From assembly GCF_009914755.1 (NCBI RefSeq), contig NC_060929.1: a stretch of DNA of 64,000 nt. One strand, 5' to 3'. A model generated the notes under the pieces. The model was not told where the DNA came from and searched no databases. It was given only the letters and a program-made list of their open reading frames with translations. The position numbers and the translations under genes are program-made. This DNA comes from the human T2T-CHM13v2.0 reference genome, Homo sapiens. This document shows, in pieces, positions 56,951-64,000 of the stretch; positions within the stretch are counted from its first letter, which is position 1; each line of letters begins with the position of its first letter.

Positions 56951-57477
56951 ACTAGGGTGGCCTCAAGAAAAAACCCACAAAACTAGATTATGTAATAAAA
57001 ATGTTCATCTAATGACTCCTCAAAAAATCTCCATGTTGAAGGAAACGGGATTTAAGAGAATATAGCGTAGAGTGGTGTATCACAATCACACACATTATCA
57101 CTGACACTGCCATGGGCTTGAATGCAAATGGAGGTCAAGGCATTGGGAGACAAGAATAAATGACACTCAATGGCCATGCTAAAAAGATTGGTATTGATTA
57201 TGTTTTGCGCTGAATGATGTTGATCGTATTGCAATGATACAATCATTAAGCAATGATAGAAAACTTTGAGCAATGATAGAAAGATCAGTGATAGAAAACT
57301 CTGAATTTATATCTCAAGGTACAGGTCAACCTGTATCTGGCTACCTCTTTGGCAGATACAGATTCAGGGCATATATGGCTGAAGATTGATCATAAGAATT
57401 GGTTGTAAGAGTTGCAGAGTTGGAAGCAAATAAATACTTCATAAGGCACTGGTTGAGAAGAAATGGGAAAATCTTTC

Positions 57478-58306
57478 AGGAACAACACATGTAAGGAAAT
57501 GAGGAGGCACAACAGGCAAAGGGAGAAACCGAAATATGATACATGGCTACAGATGTTTCAGCTGACCTTATGGGGAACTGTGAAGCCAGGATGATCCTTA
57601 AGAGAGTTTTTAATTGACAAAAAGGAACCAGGGTTTTTACCCCTCTATCCACGACCCAGTGGATGTAGGCCTTCCCTGAGAGGGATCATTTCTCAGTTAA
57701 CTTATTATTGCATTAAAAACCATTCCCGAATTTAGAAGCCTAAATAAAAAATAATTATTTTTTCATCATTCTCTGTATTACCTTGTGATTCTTCTTTTGG
57801 TCTCACTTGAAATCACTCACGTGGTTGCATTCAGTTGGTCATTTCATTGTGGCCAGAATTCAGCCACATTTCTGCCATTTTCCTCCTCATGTTTAGGTTG
57901 AGCCCTAAACAGATTTTTGTGTTTGTTTTTAAACTAAAAGGCCACTTAAAGCCTAGCCTTAGAAATCACTGACTCTCTTCTACCACATACTATTGGTCAA
58001 ATAAAATCATAGAGTCAGTTCAATTCAAGAGGAGAGGAAATACATTTCAAGAGGAGAGAAAATACATTTTGCAATGAGCAAATTCTCACTGCAAAAGGCA
58101 GGCAGGATGGGGAATGCAGTTGCAGCCATCTTTAGAAACAAACCACTGCAGGTTGCAACCTTGTGTGAGGCAGCTCTTTTTGGTTCATAAGAATTCTTGA
58201 AGAGATACTCATTAGTGAGCCATGGCAGACAAAGTTTCCTGCATTTGGGTCAGTGAGTGCCTTGATATTGAAAAGATCTAGGCAGTGTACCAGAACTTCC
58301 ACTACC
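57478..58306 (-). mobile_element. LTR16A-like LTR split by an MLT1 insertion
   Basis: aacacatgtaaggaaatgagg...agggagaa...cagctgaccttatggggaact; resumes at ~58150 with accttgtgtgaggcagctct...ccactac. Confidence 0.6.
57690..58150 (-). mobile_element. MLT1G/H-like LTR
   Basis: tcagttaacttattattgcattaaaaaccattcccgaatttag...tattggtcaa...ttgcagccatctttagaaa. Confidence 0.65.
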
Positions 58307-58669
58307 TTGACTGCACCTCATTTCTTCCAAGTTCTTAACTGGTTGGATCTCAGCAACTCCCAGATGGAAAAGTGCAAAGCATGATCTTCTTGGAAGAGAG
58401 TTGACACTCTTACATCTTGACACCATTTTTGGCATAAGTGTGGAGAACATATGGGAATACATTCTGAGGGTGTTAGACCAAAGAAGGCAGAATGTAAGAT
58501 TTAATATTTCTGGATTTATCACTGTGAACACACGCATAGTGTTAGAAGGTTGACAAGTTAACTTAAAGGATATTAACAGTCTGCTAGGTTATTTAAGTGA
58601 AGCCTGCTTGTCAAAACATAGATCGTTAGGTCTCACTTTCAGAATTTCTAACTAATACAACATGGGCCA

Positions 58670-59091
58670 GAACTTTGGGCCAGGCTTAGGTGGAGCCTCT
58701 GCTCAGTGTGTTCAAGGGCTCATCATGTGAGATGTGGTCCTCATTTTGAACTTGGGATGCTTTTTCAAGTCTGTCCTGGTGATTGGAAGACTTTAACTCT
58801 TTGAGGTTGTAACACTGAGACCCTCAGTCACTAGATGCTACCTCTCTCTATATATAGTTTTGAACATCATTGTTTGGTTCTCTTCTTTGAGGCTAGAATG
58901 AGAATCTCTTTGATGTTTTAATATCTTTTAAGAGCTCACCTTATTAGGCCAGAATTACCCAGGATAATCTTATTTTATATTAACTCATTGTAAATATATT
59001 AATTATTAAACTGAGGCAGCCATATCCAATACAAGGACATGTACACCAGGGACTGGGAATCTCGACAATCATCTTAGAATTCTGCACATCA
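58670..59091 (-). mobile_element. MLT1E/F-like LTR
   Basis: agagctcaccttattaggcc...cccaggataatct...acaccaggg...atcttagaattctgc. Confidence 0.7.
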
Positions 59092-59741
59092 GAGATGGAA
59101 ACAGAATATTTCCATTTCTACAAGGTTCCCCTTTACACTGGTGCTGTCAGGTTGGATGGCATACCTAGGAAAAAAATCAAACAGAGTAGATGAGTTTTGG
59201 ATACCATAACTTCCTTGGCATAATGTATAAGAAGGGGTTTGAAGGTTCAAGGAGGTGAGGCTGTTGGAGAAGGTATGTTGTTTATAGCCTTCTCATTGAA
59301 TACCTACTCATACCTTAATCCATAAAGACCTAGAAGGTTCTCTCTTCACCAAAGAATTTAACAATATTTTTGTAAGGGGCTTGTATATTTGTACAAGAAC
59401 TTTTGTACTTGAACATTTCTGCTGCAGCTGACCTCTTCACTCCAGAGTTCATAGTTGGAGTGCAAGAATTAGATGTGTGGTAATGCCTAATTGATCACAA
59501 AGGCCCTAGGATTGAAGAATAAGGGGTATAATGAGATGACACATGACATATATAAGGAAAACAGTTCTAGGTCAAGTCATAGCGAGTAATCTTGGCCTGT
59601 TTCCCAGTTCACAGACACAGACTAATTCAAAAGACAGTACATTAACTGGCTGAGGGATGAATATAAATCCCTTAACAAACGTCCCAAATACATTCTGCAA
59701 CTTTTCTCCCAAACTTTCCTGCAGAGACTCTTAATAATTTG

Positions 59742-60351
59742 TGTGGAAATAAAACAGTTCCTCTTCAAAGTTTCCCTTCTTGTTAAAGAATAAATCGTAA
59801 GTGTTAGAAATAATAGTTTCTTTTAAAGAATAACTTCCTTCACGCCTCCTTGCTTTTTGCTAATAACTCTTTGTTAAGCCCTATCCTATGTAGCTGTTAG
59901 ATATAAGAGAATGAGTACATTCTACATCCTTGTACTTTAACCAAGATATTTGTTCTAGACATGCTCAGGCCTGTCCCAGCTCACAGCATATGCCCCTTCC
60001 TTATTTGGAAATGTTATTACTTCTCTAAGTCTTTTCGTAAGCAAATTTCTCTTTTCCTTTGTTCTCCCTTGCCTTTACCTATTTCAGAAAGTTTTAAGTT
60101 ATTAGCCAGTCGGGTTTAGCTTAGATTGTGCGGTCTGGCTCCAACCAATGGAGACAGGACAAAGTAGCAGGGACAAGCTGCGTAAGAGATAAAAATTGCT
60201 TCCCTCCTTTGTTCAGGTGTGCTCTCACCATTGTTCTACCTGTGAGGAGCCCCCTTTCTGCATAAAGTAAAATTGACTTGCTGAGAAAACTTTTTGTCTG
60301 AATGCTGATTTTTACTGGCAGTACTGAGGAATAAGCATTTTACTTATAACA
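59742..60351 (+). mobile_element. LTR10 (HERV-I/HERVIP10 family) solo LTR
   Basis: tgtggaaa...gttcctcttcaaagtttcccttcttgttaaagaataaatc...taaca; flanks atttg/atttc; CCAAT at 60145, GATAAAA at 60188, AGTAAA at 60266. Confidence 0.8.
59957..59976. promoter_or_regulatory. Candidate p53 response element
   Basis: AGACATGCTC-AGGCCTGTCC, zero spacer, 19/20 match to 2xRRRCWWGYYY. Confidence 0.55.
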
Positions 60352-62555
60352 ATTTCTCAAGGAAAATGTAAACTGGGGAAACGAAAATGCCCAGAGCTTC
60401 CACAGACATATAAAATGCTCAATTTAAACCAGTGTTAATAATATGTAAATAAAATGATATTAAAGACATTTAGTGCTTAGGAAGGTTGGGTCATAAATGT
60501 AGCTATAGCCCTGGTTACTTTCCTAGTATGTTCAATGTGCATAGGAATCCTGACTTTGATTTTTATCCCAGGCTATACGCATAGTGGGAATGGACACACA
60601 TTATCTGTAAAACTCTGCTTTTGAGTTCCTGACTCATGAAGACTATTATTCATGAAGGTCCAAGAAGGCCCTAAAACTAATTACCCAACTCTTAACTTGG
60701 AAAAACTACACATTTAAAGGAATACCACAACCCAAAGAAATAGAAGAAATTAGTGCTACCATCTAACACTTGAAAAATTCAGGATGGTGACTTTTTTCTA
60801 CATACCAAGTTAGTGCACCTGGTTGGCTATGTCAAGATGTGGATCAATTTTGGATAAAGTATTAATATTAAGGTTTTGTTGTCAATTGCTGATGCTTTTC
60901 CAGATGTGCTATTTTAATTGAAGCGAATCAGTGTCAGCTCTGGCACTTGGCGTATAATTATTGACCTAGAAAATATTTTTTTGGTATTTTCTTCAACTAA
61001 GAAAACTAGAACAAATTTGCCTTCATTTCATAGAAATAGCAGAGTGTTTCGGGTTTCTTGTATCAAGAATACAATATTCCTCTTATCTCTCTTGTCATAG
61101 TCTGGAGAGATCTTGATGAGCTTGACATCACACAAAGCCTAGTAATGGCTTATATGCTTGGCAGATTAAGCTAACTGGATTGTCGAACAGCATAAAGCAA
61201 ATGCACAAGAGGTTATAATGACATGTGCGCCAGAGGGTGGGAAATAACATGGAAGTTCAGATATCTGTTAAATCAGTAAATATTCTAGGGTTTCCATGGC
61301 CTTTGGCATACCCAGGTCTTTCAAGGAGGAGACAATTTGCTAGACCTTATGCTGTCCACAAAAGGCACAATGATTGATAGTGCCTTTTTGGATTATTGAG
61401 GTAATATGAATTATATTTGTATGTGCTGTCACCACATATTTACTGGGTATACCCTACATTTTCCAGTTTTGAATGTGCCTAGTGCTAAGGCATGCTTCAT
61501 GCCAGGTCCAAGTTGCAGGATCTAGATGCTGCTGCATTAGATATTAGGAACTATCAGAACTATGATATTAGAAGAGTCTGTGTCAAATTGGATCCCTTGA
61601 TGAAACCTCTCATGAGACCCAGAGCAGAGAAAATTAATAGAGATTTTGGGTAAAAACATTTTTTCATCGACCAATAACTATTTTCTATTTGAGAGAAGGT
61701 AGGCTTACTCTTGGAGTTCAGTAAAGAAGGAAGGTCTGACAGTGGCAACCAAGTGACAGTTCTCCTTCAGTTTCCAACATGAACTGGTTGTTATCTGGCA
61801 CACTAAATCATAAATTAAGCTGTGCTCAGTAATATTCCATTTTAAAATATACCATCTTCACTTAAATCAATAGGCCCTCAAGCATAAGTGATAACATGTA
61901 AGCATGCAAAACAGATTCCCATGTAACCTATTTTACAGCCTCTCTGCTTGTCCTCTAGCCAAATCTATGGCCCCAAAGGTTATTCTCCATATTTAGTTAA
62001 CAGAGAATGAAGCTATACATATCTTCCTGGTATGCTTGGATCCACCAGAAGTGGTCCCTATTAAGGGTAGCCTAAAAACAGCAATAAGAAAAATTTCCAA
62101 CAGTGGATAGCACTGTTGGAAAACACATTTGATTTTTCAAATTCTGATGGAAAAAGAGACGGCCAGAGATTACCATAAGTTATAATTATTGGATTGGCCA
62201 GCTCATCACAGGCTCAGTAAAGGCCCCAAAAGAGCATCCACAAAAAAGGTGTTCTCAATAAACATGGTAATAAGTGAAATCTTCCTGTGGATGAAAATCA
62301 GCCACCTTCTTAAATTAACGTGGGCTTGTTCAAAGGGCCCATGAACACAGATGTTAAGGACATCAGATATGAGATACTAGTGGGCTCAACAAATTTTATT
62401 TTACATTATCAAGACCAACTGGGTCACTGAACCTGCTGAGGGATCAAAATTTCAAGAGCAAAGGTCAATGTCAATATATGTTTAAATAAATAAATATTTC
62501 AGAGTCCAGGAGAAATATGGACATAATTATTGATATATTAAGAATGAGAGCCAAA

Positions 62556-63023
62556 CTACTAACAATAACAAAGACATGGAATCAACCTAGGTACCATTCA
62601 ATGGTGGATTGGATAAAGAAAATGTGGTACATATACACCATGGAGTACTACACAGCCATAAAAAAATGAAACAATATCCTTTGCAGCAACATGGATGCAG
62701 CTGAAGGCCACTATCCTAAGTGCATAAACCCAGGAACATAAAACCAATTACTGCATGTTCTCATTTATAAGTGGGAACTAAACATTGAGTACATGTGGAC
62801 ACAAGGAAAGGAACAATAGACACTGAGGACTACATGAGGATGGAGGCCAGGAGGAGGGCTAGGGATGAAAAACTAACTGTTGGGTACTATGCTCACTACC
62901 TGGGTGACAGGATCAATCATATTCCAAAAGTCAATATCACCCAATCTACCCATTTAATAAAGCTGTACATGTACTCTGAATCTAAAATAAAATTTGAAAT
63001 TACAAAGAAAAACAAAGGGAGAA
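62556..63023 (+). mobile_element. 5'-truncated L1PA16/17
   Basis: aagacatggaatcaacctagg...tgggtactatgctcactacctgggtgacagg; TSD aagaatgagagccaaact (62540-62557) and aagaatgagggctaaatt (63024-63041). Confidence 0.88.
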
Positions 63024-64000
63024 AAGAATGAGGGCTAAATTGTCTCTTCCTATTTTTAGCTCATCATACCAATGAAATAATAAAGAAGAATGTCATTATG
63101 GTAGCCAAGGTAATTGATTTCAATTACCAAAGGCAGTTTTGATTGCTGCTACTGAATGAATGCAATTCAAGAGACATACTGGAGTGCCTCTTAGATTTAC
63201 CATATTCCATAAAAATAGACAATGGGAAATGAGAAAAAGATGGGAATGCTATTAACTTAGATCAGTTAGTTTGGTTTATCCAATTAGGCTTGAAAAAGAA
63301 AGAAAAAAAGAAAACAGCTGAGGTACTAGAAAATGTTTGAAGGAAAATAGATTGGGTGTTATTCAATTCGGCCTTCTTAACATCTACATATGGAGAGATT
63401 GTGGCAGCTCTTGTATAATAATTAAATATATGTCATCCTCTCATTTTTCAAATACCTTATGTAAAGAGTGCTAGGAGTACATTTAGTAATTACCATAAGG
63501 ATTTGTGTATCTTTGGTACTTAAAGTGTTTGTGAGATGTTCAAGCTTACAAAATTACGGTTGGTGATTTAAATTAGAATTGGGTAATTTATTTTACTATT
63601 GTGATTTTACTCTGAGCTATATGGGAAAAATGTCTTATTTGTAAAAACTGTAAATTGCTCAAATGAATTGGACTTATAGTAATAATTTTAATATACTTGA
63701 TTCACAAGGGCTGTTAAGTCATTTGGAATATTTTGCTGCTTAAACTTTAAATGTTGTCCACTTTGGCTTTGAAAAGCTTTAAATGACTGTCAAATAGATT
63801 ACATTCAAAAGTACTTTTTAAAATGATTAATGAAATTGCATTAACTAAGTCCTAAATGTTTTTGAGAACTTAGTCTGTTCAACTAAAGTTGATAGAACAT
63901 TAATCAGATTTCCCTAGGAAATGTTCTAGAATTATAAATAGAATATTTTAATTTGTATGTCAAATGAAAATGTTTAAAAATATTTATTGCAATAAATTAA

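Larger units (their letters stand above)
56951..63400 (+). mobile_element. Decayed ERV-L internal region (ERV3-16A3/ERVL-type gag-pol-dUTPase) broken by nested insertions
   Basis: Gag-like GEHIWEYILRVLDQ at ~58442; RT-like IIDLENIF at ~60957; dUTPase-region text ggtaattgatttcaattaccaaagg...gattgctgctac at ~63110. Confidence 0.65.

Noticed and set aside
57249-57300. Short repeats (caatgatagaaa x3; also 22-bp at 58024-58068 and 19-bp at 30495-30545)
   Set aside because: Ordinary micro-duplications with no further structure

Overview
AT-rich, gene-poor human genomic DNA dominated by interspersed repeats. I see no host protein-coding exon, RNA gene or CpG island. Human origin is inferred from an L1HS pre-Ta element (diagnostic ACG/G 3'UTR bases) at 51.7-54.0 kb. 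That element has perfect 16-bp TSDs, a twin-priming 5' inversion, an unusually large (~1.4 kb) internal loss, and an uninterrupted ORF2 fragment (aa ~104-745). Other content: a near full-length ancient L1MA2/3-like element (4.9-13.2 kb), a complete THE1D provirus with ACTTG TSDs, a decayed LTR33/ERV-L provirus with nested insertions (including an LTR10 solo LTR with a near-consensus p53 site), eight Alus, MLT/MER/MIR/L2 relics, and a palindromic AT-rich VNTR where an Alu tail should be. The most unexpected structure is two ~120-bp local templated duplications (one inverted, one direct) within ~200 bp of each other in and beside a THE1B LTR at 34.2-34.7 kb. I found no convincing new biological system. 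Subfamily calls are from recalled consensus sequences, not a RepeatMasker/Dfam run, and boundaries of old repeats are approximate.
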